Assembly: GCA_002787355.1 (NCBI GenBank)
Contig: PCWN01000008.1
Location: 69,873 to 133,872, forward strand
Source: Candidatus Magasanikbacteria bacterium CG11_big_fil_rev_8_21_14_0_20_39_34
Lineage (GTDB): Bacteria; Patescibacteriota; Patescibacteriia; Magasanikbacterales; UBA922
Direction of reading: 5' to 3'
Length of the DNA: 64,000 bases
Positions within the stretch are counted from its first letter, which is position 1. Each line of letters begins with the position of its first letter. Both the position numbers and the translations under genes were made by a program. Positions 48,919 through 58,977 of this stretch are shown here, in pieces. The notes beneath the pieces were generated by a model that saw nothing but the letters and a program-made list of their open reading frames with translations, was not told the origin of the DNA and searched no databases.

Positions 48919-50862
48919 TTACTTTTGGTCGTCAACAACCTCACCTTCAACCGCATCGTCATCATTGTCCTTTTTATCAGTTTGAGCATCCTGTGTAGAT
49001 GCACCATCTTGAGGTTTTTGCTCCTTGGCCTGTTCTTGCTGGTACATCTTCATCCCAACGGCTTGTGCAGAGGTAGAAAGCTCTTCTGAGGCCTTTTTGA
49101 TAGCTTCCATATCTTCCCCGTCCTTTACTTCTTTGAGTTTTTTAAGACCTTCTTCTACTTTTGCTTTTTCTTCTTCGGTTACTTCAATTTTCTTTTCTTC
49201 TACTTCTTTCATCATTTTTTCTGTTGTGTACACCATTGTATCAGCTGTATTTTTTACGTCAATCAATTCCCGCTTTTGTTTGTCTTCTTGTGCATGTGCT
49301 TCTGCATCTTTTTTCATTTGTTCAATCTCTTCATCTGAAAGTCCACTTGAGGCTTCAATACGAATGGATTGTTCCTTTCCAGTTCCTTTATCTTTGGCAG
49401 AAACATTCAAAATTCCATTGGCATCAATATCAAACTTTACCTCAATTTGTGGAACTCCACGAGGAGCCGGTGGTACACCATCCAAAATAAATCTTCCCAA
49501 ATTTTTGTTGTCTACCGCCATTTGACGTTCTCCTTGCAAAACATTAATTTCTACACTTGGTTGATTATCTGCAGCTGTGGAAAATACCTGTGTTTTGCTC
49601 GTTGGGATAGTAGTATTTTTTTCAATTAATTTCGTCATTACTCCTCCCAAAGTTTCAAGCCCAAGAGAAAGTGGAGTTACATCCAAGAGAAGAATCTCCT
49701 TTCCAAGGTCACCTTGGAGCTGTCCTGCCTGAATAGCAGCACCTACCGCAACAACCTCATCAGGATTCACCGTCACATTTGGTTTTTTACCAAAGAATTC
49801 TTCTACCTTCTTTTGAATAAGAGGCATTCTGGTCATTCCACCCACCAAAATAATTTCATTAATGTCATCTTTTTCTACCCCCGCATCGGCAAGAGCTCGC
49901 TTCATTGGCTCCATTGTCTTATCTGCAAGTTCCATGACCAACTCTTCCATCTTTGCTCGAGTCAACTTTAGATTCAAGTGTTTTGGACCTTCAGCACCTG
50001 ATGTGATAAAAGGTTCATTTATCTCAGTTTCTGGGGTACTTGATAACTCAATTTTTGCTTTTTCTGCTGCATCTTTTACTCTCTGAAGTGAAAGAGGATC
50101 ATGAGAGAGGTCAATTCCTTCAACTTTCTTGAATTCCTCTAAAATCCATTCAATAATTTTTTTATCAAAGTCATCTCCACCAAGGTGAGTATCTCCATTG
50201 GTTGCCAACACCTCTACAGTAGAGTGTCCGTCCTCATGATCATGGGAAATATCTAATACAGAAACATCAAATGTCCCACCTCCCAAGTCATAAACCGCAA
50301 TCTTTTGATCATTCTTTTTATCAAATCCGTAAGCAAAAGCGGCTGCCGTTGGCTCATTGATCACACGCAAAACTTCCAAACCAGCAATTTCACCGGCATG
50401 CTTGGTAGCCTGTCTTTGTGAATCATCAAAATACGCAGGAACGGTAATTACCGCCTGAGTAATCTTTTCTCCTGTCTTTTCTTCTGCATCTGCTTTCAAC
50501 TTTTGCAATACCATTGCAGAAATTTCTGGTGCGGCATAATCATGATCACCCATTTTTACTTTAATTTTATCTCCATCTGCAATAATCTCATACGGAACAT
50601 GCTTTCTAATATCTGCAACCTCAGGATCCGTAGATTTTCTTCCAATAAGACGCTTGATAGAATGCAAAGTATTGGTTGGATTGGTGACGGCCTGTCGTTT
50701 TGCCAATTGTCCTACAAGACGTTCACCGGTTTTTGATACAGCAATAATTGAAGGTGTTGTTCTATTTCCTTCTTTATTCTCTAAAACTTTTGGCTGTCCA
50801 CCCTCTACAATTGCCATACATGAGTTGGTGGTACCAAGATCTATTCCTAAAATTTTTGACAT
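48919..50862 (-). CDS. dnaK: Chaperone DnaK
   Basis: [43 protein letters not shown]. Confidence 0.99.
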   Translation of the reverse strand: MSKILGIDLGTTNSCMAIVEGGQPKVLENKEGNRTTPSIIAVSKTGERLVGQLAKRQAVTNPTNTLHSIKRLIGRKSTDPEVADIRKHVPYEIIADGDKIKVKMGDHDYAAPEISAMVLQKLKADAEEKTGEKITQAVITVPAYFDDSQRQATKHAGEIAGLEVLRVINEPTAAAFAYGFDKKNDQKIAVYDLGGGTFDVSVLDISHDHEDGHSTVEVLATNGDTHLGGDDFDKKIIEWILEEFKKVEGIDLSHDPLSLQRVKDAAEKAKIELSSTPETEINEPFITSGAEGPKHLNLKLTRAKMEELVMELADKTMEPMKRALADAGVEKDDINEIILVGGMTRMPLIQKKVEEFFGKKPNVTVNPDEVVAVGAAIQAGQLQGDLGKEILLLDVTPLSLGLETLGGVMTKLIEKNTTIPTSKTQVFSTAADNQPSVEINVLQGERQMAVDNKNLGRFILDGVPPAPRGVPQIEVKFDIDANGILNVSAKDKGTGKEQSIRIEASSGLSDEEIEQMKKDAEAHAQEDKQKRELIDVKNTADTMVYTTEKMMKEVEEKKIEVTEEEKAKVEEGLKKLKEVKDGEDMEAIKKASEELSTSAQAVGMKMYQQEQAKEQKPQDGASTQDAQTDKKDNDDDAVEGEVVDDQK

Positions 50863-50980
50863 ATATATTTTTTTATTACGATAATTAAGATCTACGTTTT
50901 GTTCAACCCCTCTTTGCTTGGTACTAAAGAATTTCCATAGTACCAAGAAACAAAAGTTAAACAAGAGAGGGATTCATCCT

Positions 50981-51433
50981 TTATTTTTTCTTTGTATTAT
51001 TTTTTACAACTTTTATATCTACCTTCTTTGTTTGTGCTGGACTTGCTTTTGGGCAAGTAATTTTTAAAACTCCATCACAAAATTCTGCATTAATTTTTTC
51101 TTCCTTTACGGATCCAGGGAGTGGCACCTTTCGAAAAAATGAACCACTTCGAATTTCTTTTCGATAATAATTTTTTTCTTCAATTTCATGTTCTGTTTTG
51201 GTTTCACCTCTTAATGTTACTACATTTTTTTCTACGGTGACCTCCACATCTTTTGGATCAAGACCAGCAAGATCCGCTTTTACAATTATATTATTTTTTT
51301 CTTCGTAGACGTCTACTGCTGGCGCAAAAGCGCTGTGTACAGATTGAAGTGCAGGGACACGCGGAAATGATGACATGATTTCCTCCATTTCGGAAAATGG
51401 ATCAAATCCTGGTGACCATTTAATCAAAGACAT
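50981..51433 (-). CDS. Small heat-shock protein Hsp20
   Basis: P.VDVYE, alpha-crystallin E...GSF.R...LP, A.F.DGVL.I..PK; strong SD AGGAGG. Confidence 0.94.
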   Translation of the reverse strand: MSLIKWSPGFDPFSEMEEIMSSFPRVPALQSVHSAFAPAVDVYEEKNNIIVKADLAGLDPKDVEVTVEKNVVTLRGETKTEHEIEEKNYYRKEIRSGSFFRKVPLPGSVKEEKINAEFCDGVLKITCPKASPAQTKKVDIKVVKNNTKKK

Positions 51434-51491
51434 ATGTTTGCCTCCTGTAACTTTGAAAGGAAAATATCAAAGTTACTTAATGAATTAAAAT

Positions 51492-52043
51492 TTATTTATT
51501 TTCTCTTCTACAAACTACAACCCGTGCCGCCTGGATTACCCCATTGCTGGTTTTATATCCACCACTTAACTCCTGTAAGACTATCCCATCTTCACACTCA
51601 TCATTATCCTCTTCCTTTACAGCCTCATGCATAGCTGGGTCAAATGGTTCACCCACCGTTTTTATTTCTTCAATTCCATGTGCGGAAAGAACGGTCCAAA
51701 ATTGCTTCATAATATATTCAATCCCCTTTTTCCAGTTTTCCCAACTTGCTTGACTACTATCTGCAGAATCTAAACCCTGTACTGAAAAAGCAAATGCTTT
51801 TTTAAAGTTCTCATATATGGGAATAAACTCTTCAAGAATTTGAACTTCACTCATCTTGGCCCAGGCACTGCGTTGTGTTGAAACTTCTTTTTGTAAATTT
51901 TGATAATCAGCCTGTGCACGAAGCCATCCTAACTTATACTGTGCACAGTTTTCACATTCTCCGTTTTCTTGTGATGTTTCTGTCACCAACGTCTCTTGAT
52001 CTTCTTGAATTTCATTTTCAATTTGTTTTTCTTTTTTACTCAT
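51492..52043 (-). CDS. grpE: Nucleotide exchange factor GrpE
   Basis: LRAQADYQN, FDP..HEAV, GY......I..A.V.V. Confidence 0.95.
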   Translation of the reverse strand: MSKKEKQIENEIQEDQETLVTETSQENGECENCAQYKLGWLRAQADYQNLQKEVSTQRSAWAKMSEVQILEEFIPIYENFKKAFAFSVQGLDSADSSQASWENWKKGIEYIMKQFWTVLSAHGIEEIKTVGEPFDPAMHEAVKEEDNDECEDGIVLQELSGGYKTSNGVIQAARVVVCRRENK

Positions 52044-52048
52044 AGAAT

Positions 52049-52732
52049 CTAATGCATTAAATCATGAATTTTTGATATAAGCTTTATATTATTTTTGTAA
52101 CGCATACGCATAGGACCAAGGAGTATGAAAAGATGTTCATTTCCAAAACGAGTTACAATAGAACTACATTCTCCTCCAAAAGGATTCTCGGATCCAATAA
52201 ATACTTTAATCTCATTCTTTGCTATCTGTTCATATACCTCGGGTATTCTACTCTCACACTCATCAAACACAGAAGATACATTTAATGTATATGCATAATT
52301 TTGAAATTCGGGCTGAGAAAAAAGATTTGAAATACCCGTATAGTACAAACTATTTTTCCCAAATGAAACAATAACCGCATTCCCCGCAAATTCTGCAGAA
52401 AATTTTGCAAATGCCTTTATTTTTTCTTTTGGTTCTTGAGACACAACCAGTGAGGTATCAAATAAATTGTGTGTGTCTTTTGTAATTTCTTCCCCTAAAT
52501 CGAGATGCTCCACATAGTATTTATACCCCAACTCGGTAGGGATTCTTCCCGCAGAGGTATGCGGATGGGTTAAATATCCCATCTCCTCCAAGGCACGAAG
52601 CTCATTTCGTATAGTAGCCCCAGAAACGTCAAAATCGCTATTTTCAGACAAAAAACTTGACCCAATGGGCTCTACAGTATTTATATAGCTCTCAATCACA
52701 AACATGAGTATAGCCTCTTGTCTTTCAGTCAT
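52049..52732 (-). CDS. hrcA: Heat-inducible transcription repressor HrcA (short form)
   Basis: RQ..IL...I..YI...EPIGS, SGATIRNE...LE..GYL..PHTSAGRIPT, LGP.RM.Y. Confidence 0.93.
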   Translation of the reverse strand: MTERQEAILMFVIESYINTVEPIGSSFLSENSDFDVSGATIRNELRALEEMGYLTHPHTSAGRIPTELGYKYYVEHLDLGEEITKDTHNLFDTSLVVSQEPKEKIKAFAKFSAEFAGNAVIVSFGKNSLYYTGISNLFSQPEFQNYAYTLNVSSVFDECESRIPEVYEQIAKNEIKVFIGSENPFGGECSSIVTRFGNEHLFILLGPMRMRYKNNIKLISKIHDLMH

Positions 52733-52785
52733 ATTATCACTCTTTATACATGAGTGATAATATCATAGCTTGAAATTTTGGTCAA
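52731..52785 (-). promoter_or_regulatory. CIRCE-like operator overlapping the sigma70 promoter of the hrcA operon
   Basis: TTATCACTC-N9-GAGTGATAA at 52734-52760; minus-strand TTGACC (52785-52780), 17 nt, TATTAT (52762-52757). Confidence 0.85.
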
Positions 52786-52874
52786 AATAGAGTTATCCAC
52801 AAGAATACCCTCCTCAGCAGCAAAATAAAAAACCGGCTTTTAGTCCGGTTTTTTTGCTATTTTTTGAGAAAAAA

Positions 52875-53477
52875 TTATTCCTCAGCAGTAGTTTTTTTGT
52901 ATTCCTTTACATTGGCAATTTCAGAAAGAAGGACATTTTCTACAAAAATCCCACGAGAGTAAAAAATTCTTTCAAGTTCATTTTTTAACTGAACTTCTAC
53001 CTCATCTCGCTTCTGCCCCATGACAGCATCCTGGGTGAACCGACAAGCTACCATACGAATACGACTACGTACCGTAGGACGAATAATCTTAGATACAAAG
53101 TCTTCACCAATAGTTTGCCAGATATTTGGAATCTGTTGCATGTCCAACCGTAACAAAATAGTTCCCTCGACACCAATACGTTGATTATCTTCGGTAACGG
53201 CTGCAATGGGAATATCTCCCAATGCATTTTCATTTGCTAAGTTGAAATCACGTGAAATGCTATATTCTAACGTCTGTGTATTAAAAAGCTTTGCCTTTTG
53301 CCAAAAAGGGATTTTAAAATGTAGTCCCGGTTTCAAAACTTTTTTTATGACTCCTTTTCCAAGATCATAAACACAAGCAACGTATCCCGGTGGTACTTTA
53401 ATAAATATTCCCTTCAGCACATCCTCCATCACAAAGGAGTACATTAGTTTATCGAGTGATTCGCCACCTTGACTCAT
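52875..53477 (-). CDS. SPFH/prohibitin (band 7) domain protein
   Basis: VPPG, PGLHFKIPF, T.D.Q, IIRP.VRS..R, GI.VE.VLL. Confidence 0.85.
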   Translation of the reverse strand: MSQGGESLDKLMYSFVMEDVLKGIFIKVPPGYVACVYDLGKGVIKKVLKPGLHFKIPFWQKAKLFNTQTLEYSISRDFNLANENALGDIPIAAVTEDNQRIGVEGTILLRLDMQQIPNIWQTIGEDFVSKIIRPTVRSRIRMVACRFTQDAVMGQKRDEVEVQLKNELERIFYSRGIFVENVLLSEIANVKEYKKTTAEE

Positions 53478-53522
53478 ATGATAATTTATAAATTAACAAT
53501 GTTTAAGAAAATAAAGGAAAAA

Positions 53523-54230
53523 TTATGCTTTTTTCTTTTTTGGTCCCCGAAACAACAGCAAACTGACCCATCCAATCACTAAAGAAAAAATCATTGAAGC
53601 TAATATGAATAAAGATTTTACCATAGGCAACCACCATAATGCGAGAAAAACAGACAGAGGAAAAAGGAAAAAAAACATGAGATCCGACTTATACAGATTA
53701 TTCTTTCTTCCACGAAATTCAAAATAAATTTCCACAAGTAAAAATAACGTTATCAGTCCTGGCCAAAAAAGTGTATTCCTTTCTCCAAGTTCAAACCCAT
53801 AAAAAGTAGTATTGATAGCTCCGGGAAAATCCACGGAATCATAGAGAAGATTCACAACATTTTTTCCTACAATACCATGTGTAAAGACTTGATACAAAAG
53901 CACCAAAAACAAACCCTGTATTCCCAAACTCATTGCCTTTGCCCAAGGGCTAACCTTTCGTTTTTTGAGGACCTTTCGTATTTCTTCTTTCTTTTGAACC
54001 GGATCTTTTGCATAATCCTTTTCCAAACGTTTTACTTCATCTGAAAGTTCAATATTACTTATTTTGTTGCGCTCCATGATAAGAGTCAAAGGCAACAAAA
54101 ACATTCGCAAAAGGATTGTGACGTATATCACAGCCCACCCTAAATTTTGTTCTGTCCAATTATTATAGGCATAGAACAAAAAATTAAAGAGTGGCCGGAA
54201 CAAAAAATCATTCCAAATACTTGAGAACAT
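53523..54230 (-). CDS. Short YidC/Oxa1-family membrane insertase
   Basis: PL.N.L, NLGWA.I..TIL.R..LLPL, coiled hairpin, IQ..L..LYQVF. Confidence 0.8.
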   Translation of the reverse strand: MFSSIWNDFLFRPLFNFLFYAYNNWTEQNLGWAVIYVTILLRMFLLPLTLIMERNKISNIELSDEVKRLEKDYAKDPVQKKEEIRKVLKKRKVSPWAKAMSLGIQGLFLVLLYQVFTHGIVGKNVVNLLYDSVDFPGAINTTFYGFELGERNTLFWPGLITLFLLVEIYFEFRGRKNNLYKSDLMFFFLFPLSVFLALWWLPMVKSLFILASMIFSLVIGWVSLLLFRGPKKKKA

Positions 54231-54286
54231 ATACAGATATTATACCTAAAAAAGGTCAAAAAATCAAGTATCTTCCAAAAAAGTTT

Positions 54287-54862
54287 TTATGCCACAGATT
54301 TGTCTAGCTCAGATAGAAATTGACGAACCAGCTCTTCTGAGAGACCCAAAATAGCACTGTATTCTCCCTCATAGCCTTCAATCCAAGTGGCTGCTCTCCC
54401 CTGCAGAGCATAGGCCCCAGCCTTATCCATCCAGTCTGCTTGTGGGTCATCCAGGTAATCCTGAATCTGCTTATCATCCATCTGCTTAAAGAAAATAGAA
54501 GCTTCTTTATGTCCAACATATTGTTTTCCGGGAGCCAAGAGTGCAACACCCGTATAGACAAAACTCTTTTTCCCCTGAAGACTCTTTACCATACCAAAGG
54601 CATCATCTTTTGTTTTTGGTTTTCCCAAAAGTTTCCCCTCCGGATCCAATACAATAGTATCGGAACCAATGACAGCCGCATCTGTATATTTTTCAAAAAT
54701 ATCTGCTGCTTTTTGAATTGCAAAATCCTCTACTAAATCTATTGCGTTGGTATGCAAAGAATGGTTTTCTTCAAAATTGCTTGGAATTATTTCATAATCA
54801 AGACCCATTTTATCCATAACTTCTTTTCTCCTGGGGCTTGATGATGCAAGTATAAGGCGCAT
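54287..54862 (-). CDS. maf: Maf family nucleoside triphosphate pyrophosphatase
   Basis: LILASSSPRR, KA, IGSDT, GKP, VYTGV, DKAGAYA.QG, GL. Confidence 0.95.
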   Translation of the reverse strand: MRLILASSSPRRKEVMDKMGLDYEIIPSNFEENHSLHTNAIDLVEDFAIQKAADIFEKYTDAAVIGSDTIVLDPEGKLLGKPKTKDDAFGMVKSLQGKKSFVYTGVALLAPGKQYVGHKEASIFFKQMDDKQIQDYLDDPQADWMDKAGAYALQGRAATWIEGYEGEYSAILGLSEELVRQFLSELDKSVA

Positions 54863-54867
54863 ATTTT

Positions 54868-56316
54868 TTATTGTTTGTTATCAATAAACTCCCAATCTTT
54901 TGCTTTTTGTATGTACCGATCCTTCATTTTTTCAAAGTATTCCTTTGCTGCTTCATATTCATTGGGAATTTCACCATCTAAAATGGCTCTTTCTATTTCT
55001 TCTTTAATTTCTCCTACCGTTGGCCCTGGTTTCAAACCACAAATCTCCATTATCTCTTCTCCACGAACCGGTGATTGAAATGCTCTCAGTTTATCTTTTT
55101 CTAAAACTTCTGCAATTCTTTTCTCCAGTCTGTCATAATTGGTAAGACGTTTCTTTTTCTTACTTTGATTTCCTGTGGTTACGTCCGCACGACAAAGAAT
55201 CAAAAGATCGTCCAAATCTTCTTGTAGGTTCACAATAAGCCTGCGAACAGCAGAATCCGTAACACCTTCATCCATAAGAGCAATTGGCTGCAAATGCCAA
55301 CGCACCAGCTCTGCCACATATTGAATATCCTGCTTTTTCATTCTTAGTCTTTTACAAATTTCCCAAGTCATTTTTTTTCCAAGATGTTCGTGCATGTCAA
55401 AAGTCCATCCACGAGATGGATCAAATTTTTTTGTTTCAGGCTTTGCAATATCATGCATAAGACCAGCAAATCGAAGAAGTGGTTTTTTACTGTAGGTTGC
55501 AATATTATCTACCACAGCAAACGTATGGGACAAATTTTCTTTATGTTTGTATCCCTTTACCTCTTCTACTCCGGCAAGTGCCGCAACCTCTGGTAAAAAC
55601 TCATCTAACAACTTCGTTCCATGAAGAAGTTGCAATCCAACAGATGGAACATTGGTAGCCAAAAGCTTCATAAGCTCCTCTTGAATGCGTTCCTGGGATA
55701 TAATTTTTATTCGTTCTCTATTTTTATGAATAGACAACAAGACTTCTTCTTTGAGAGAAAAATTAAGCTGTGCAGCAAACCGTGCCGCGCGGAGCATACG
55801 CAAAGGATCCTCAAAAAATGTTTCATCCGGATCAAGAGGAGTTTGAAGAGTTTTATTTTTCAAATTTTGTTGACCATGAAAAGGATCTACAATTTTTGAA
55901 GACAGTCCGGAAGCAATTACCTTTCGTGCCATAGCATTCACTGTAAAGTCCCGACGCTTTAAGTCTTCCTCAAGTGAAGTTGCCATGACTTCAGGTTTTC
56001 TCGAGTTATCTTTATATTTTTCTGTACGTGCCCCTGCAAATTCCAACTCAAATACACTCTTTTCCCTTTTTTCATCCATAATGACAAAACGTGCCGTATC
56101 AAAATCCGGAAACTCCACCAGTGCACTCTCGCCTACATACATTTCATCAAATTTTCTTGCAAACTCAATGCCGGACCCCAGTACCACAAAGTCCAAATCT
56201 TTTTTATCGGGAATCCCCAAAAGCTCATCACGCACAAAACCACCTACTACATATACCTCGGTAGCACTTGCTTGAGAAGCCTTTGAAACGAATTGAAAAA
56301 TGTGCTGAATTGTCAT
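54868..56316 (-). CDS. cca: CCA tRNA nucleotidyltransferase with HD domain
   Basis: VGGFVRD, DLD, DL.RRDFTVNA, EDPLRMLRA.RF, ERI..E, HD motif MHDIAKP. Confidence 0.92.
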   Translation of the reverse strand: MTIQHIFQFVSKASQASATEVYVVGGFVRDELLGIPDKKDLDFVVLGSGIEFARKFDEMYVGESALVEFPDFDTARFVIMDEKREKSVFELEFAGARTEKYKDNSRKPEVMATSLEEDLKRRDFTVNAMARKVIASGLSSKIVDPFHGQQNLKNKTLQTPLDPDETFFEDPLRMLRAARFAAQLNFSLKEEVLLSIHKNRERIKIISQERIQEELMKLLATNVPSVGLQLLHGTKLLDEFLPEVAALAGVEEVKGYKHKENLSHTFAVVDNIATYSKKPLLRFAGLMHDIAKPETKKFDPSRGWTFDMHEHLGKKMTWEICKRLRMKKQDIQYVAELVRWHLQPIALMDEGVTDSAVRRLIVNLQEDLDDLLILCRADVTTGNQSKKKKRLTNYDRLEKRIAEVLEKDKLRAFQSPVRGEEIMEICGLKPGPTVGEIKEEIERAILDGEIPNEYEAAKEYFEKMKDRYIQKAKDWEFIDNKQ

Positions 56317-56434
56317 ATATTCGTACTTCACTTGCTAGAATATCAAAAAAAAGCTAAAATTACAAGAGTTTATGCTAATCCATGCAATTTAAACTATTTT
56401 ATTCATATTTTCATCAATTATTATCCTCTCTCCT

Positions 56435-56701
56435 ATGAAACTTTTTCTTACCGGATTTATTACTATTTTTTTGGCCGAACTTGGCGATAAAACACAAATT
56501 GCCACCCTCCTTTTTGCTGCCAATAAAGATCATCCAAAACTTATTGTATTTTTAAGTGCCGCGGCAGCCCTTATTCTTACGAGTGCCATTGGAGTACTTC
56601 TTGGAAGTGCTCTCTCCGTATACCTAGATGAAAGAATGCTTAAACTTCTTGCTGGATTTGGCTTCATCATTGTTGGTGCTTGGACCCTTTTTGCAAAATA
56701 A
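56435..56701 (+). CDS. UPF0016/TMEM165-GDT1 family half-size transporter
   Basis: FLAELGDKTQ signature; three TM helices. Confidence 0.9.
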   Translation: MKLFLTGFITIFLAELGDKTQIATLLFAANKDHPKLIVFLSAAAALILTSAIGVLLGSALSVYLDERMLKLLAGFGFIIVGAWTLFAK

Positions 56702-56740
56702 AGAATGAAAGAAAATGAAGGTATCATTGTACTCGTAGGT

Positions 56741-56998
56741 ATGGGGAAAATAGCTCTCAATGACAAAACGGATGAAGAAATTGCCAAAATGGTACAGTTG
56801 GGCGATGTAGAATCGTTTGGAGTTTTGGTGGAAAGATATGAACCAAAAATGCTTCGTTACGCACAAAGATTTCTTTTTCATAAACAAGATACCGAAGATC
56901 AAGTTCAAGAGGTATTCTTAAAAGCCTATACCAATATTCAAGGTTTTGATACGAAAAGAAAATTTTCTCCTTGGATATATCTCGTATTGCTCATATAA
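56741..56998 (+). pseudogene. Truncated ECF sigma factor (region 2 only)
   Basis: TDEE..G D.ESF..LV.RY, ED.VQEVFLKAY, FSPWIY then a 2-nt insertion before CGT ATT GCT CAT (RIAH); no region 4. Confidence 0.75.
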
Positions 56999-57044
56999 AA
57001 AAAGAAGATACCCATGTATCTCTTTTTTTTATTTGCAAAAAATT

Positions 57045-58028
57045 CTAAAAATGAGATTGCAGATATGTTTCCAGAGCACACCGGGCAGAAACTTCACCGG
57101 AAAGAATTGAGGAAACCATATTTGCCAATGGAACATTTTTATTTTTTTTCTTTGCAAAGGAAATTAAGGCAAATGTTGCACTCTTTCCCTCGACCACCTT
57201 CCCTACTTTTTTTAATGCCTTTTCCACAGAAAGTCCTCTTCCAAGATACTCACCAAAACATCTATTTCTACTATTATCGGAAAGTGCTGTCCCTATAAGA
57301 TCTCCAAAACCAGAAAGTCCATATACTGTTTTTCTCTTTCCTCCAAAGGCTTCTACCACACATGCCATTTCTTCCATAGCATGTGTCAAAAAGGCTGCCT
57401 TTGTATTGAGGCCATAGCCCAATCCATCACAGAGTCCCAGTGCTATTGCATACACATTCTTAAATGCACCCGCAAGTTCAACACCCACCACATCATCGCG
57501 CAAATCAAACCCCATGGTGGAAGAGGAAAATATTTCTTGTACTGTTTTTGCTGCCTTTCTTTTTTGAGAAGCCAAATCCATCTGAGTATAATATCCTTTC
57601 ATAATGTCCAAAGCTACCGCCGGACCAGACATAACGACTAGAGGATTTTTAGGAAAAACTTTTCCCATAATGGTTGTAATGGGACGTGAAGTTTTTCCAT
57701 CCAACCCTTTTGCCATATCCACGAGTATACTTTTTTTGTCTATGAAGGGTTTACAAGACGTAAAAATGGACGCTATAACCGCCGTGGGGACGGCAAAACA
57801 AACTACCTGCGCACCCATAAGCGTAGATTCTAAACTTTTTTCAGGGATGATGCCTTTATGTAACAGAAATCCAGGAAGATATTTTTTATTTTCTCGCCAC
57901 TTGTCAATTTGTCTTAGCGGTGTCAGATCACCTTCCCAATTCCAAAGAAAAACATTATGGTTGTTTCTTGCGGCTACCTCTGCCATGGTCGTCCCCATGG
58001 CACCAGCTCCCAAAATTGCTATCTTCAT
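57045..58028 (-). CDS. gpsA: NAD(P)H-dependent glycerol-3-phosphate dehydrogenase
   Basis: GAGAMGT, N.KYLPG, KG, SGP, GVEL.GA.KNV.AI, GL.G.GDL..T, SRN, VEG. Confidence 0.93.
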   Translation of the reverse strand: MKIAILGAGAMGTTMAEVAARNNHNVFLWNWEGDLTPLRQIDKWRENKKYLPGFLLHKGIIPEKSLESTLMGAQVVCFAVPTAVIASIFTSCKPFIDKKSILVDMAKGLDGKTSRPITTIMGKVFPKNPLVVMSGPAVALDIMKGYYTQMDLASQKRKAAKTVQEIFSSSTMGFDLRDDVVGVELAGAFKNVYAIALGLCDGLGYGLNTKAAFLTHAMEEMACVVEAFGGKRKTVYGLSGFGDLIGTALSDNSRNRCFGEYLGRGLSVEKALKKVGKVVEGKSATFALISFAKKKNKNVPLANMVSSILSGEVSARCALETYLQSHF

Positions 58029-58834
58029 AAAAAAAGAAGAATAAGAATACCTATAAGTATACGATAGACGGCAAAGGGTTTAAAACTCCACTTTTGAATC
58101 ATTTTCAACAAAAAGCCTATAGCAAAAAATCCACTCACAGCAGAAGCAATAAAACCAATAAACATACTCATAAAGTTTAACTCCAAAGCATGAATGTTCT
58201 TAAAAAGTTCCAATATTTTTAATCCTCCCGCCAAAAATATAATTGGAACACTCATCAGAAAAGAGAATTCTGCTGCATCTTTTTTTGATAATTTACTCAA
58301 AAGCCCTGCAGTCATAGTAACTCCAGAACGAGAAGTCCCCGGTATAAGAGCAAGAGCCTGTGCACAAGCAATAGAAATAACTCTTTTCCAGGTAAGATCT
58401 GTATGATTTTTATTTCGTTCCGAAAATTCATCTGCAAACCACAGAACAATACCCCAAAAAATGAGAGAAAGAGCAACAAGATGCGTAGAACGTAAATGCT
58501 CCTCTACCATATCACCCAAAAGCAACCCTACCAACCCCGCAGGAATAATAGACAAAAACAAAAACCACCCCATCCGTCCGTCGTCGCTTTCCTTAAACTT
58601 TTGTTGCCAATTTTTTTTCTTTAAAAGTTCAATAATAATTGACCACAATTTTTTTCGAAAATAGACGACCACAGCGACCAACGTACCAAGGTGTAAAACA
58701 ACATCAAAGGTAATCCCCTGATCCCCCCAACCAAATAGGTGAGGAAAAAAAATAAGATGCCCCGAAGATGAAACGGGCAAAAATTCCGTAAGACCCTGAA
58801 CCACTCCAAGCGTAACTGCCTGTAAAATCCCCAT
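58025..58834 (-). CDS. uppP: Undecaprenyl-diphosphate phosphatase
   Basis: QGLTEFLPVSSSGH, LHLGT, ALIPGTSRSG.T, A.EFSFL. Confidence 0.96.
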   Translation of the reverse strand: MGILQAVTLGVVQGLTEFLPVSSSGHLIFFPHLFGWGDQGITFDVVLHLGTLVAVVVYFRKKLWSIIIELLKKKNWQQKFKESDDGRMGWFLFLSIIPAGLVGLLLGDMVEEHLRSTHLVALSLIFWGIVLWFADEFSERNKNHTDLTWKRVISIACAQALALIPGTSRSGVTMTAGLLSKLSKKDAAEFSFLMSVPIIFLAGGLKILELFKNIHALELNFMSMFIGFIASAVSGFFAIGFLLKMIQKWSFKPFAVYRILIGILILLFL

Positions 58835-58906
58835 AAACGTTATTAAAAATAATATCTATTTCTTCCACTATTTTATCATAATAAAGCGAAATTTCAAGGA
58901 GATACC

Positions 58907-58935
58907 TTGACTTATTCGACTATTCATGATAGAAT
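58907..58935 (+). promoter_or_regulatory. sigma70 promoter of the receiver/ncRNA unit
   Basis: TTGACT (58907-58912), 17 nt, TAGAAT (58930-58935). Confidence 0.7.
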
Positions 58936-58977
58936 CCATCGCCGTGCCTTTCCGCTTCAGAAGCGAAGGGACAAGGT

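Noticed and set aside
9459-51753. Long antisense or alternate-frame ORFs (e.g. 9459..10079, 24852..25361, 32293..32790, 41736..42452, 49025..49525)
   Set aside because: They lie over well-supported genes and lack motifs; expected shadow ORFs.
3106-52801. Three perfect DnaA boxes (3106-3114, 6356-6364 reverse, 52793-52801) as a possible oriC
   Set aside because: Single and widely dispersed, with no cluster, no dnaA/dnaN and no evident unwinding element; at most regulatory or titration sites.
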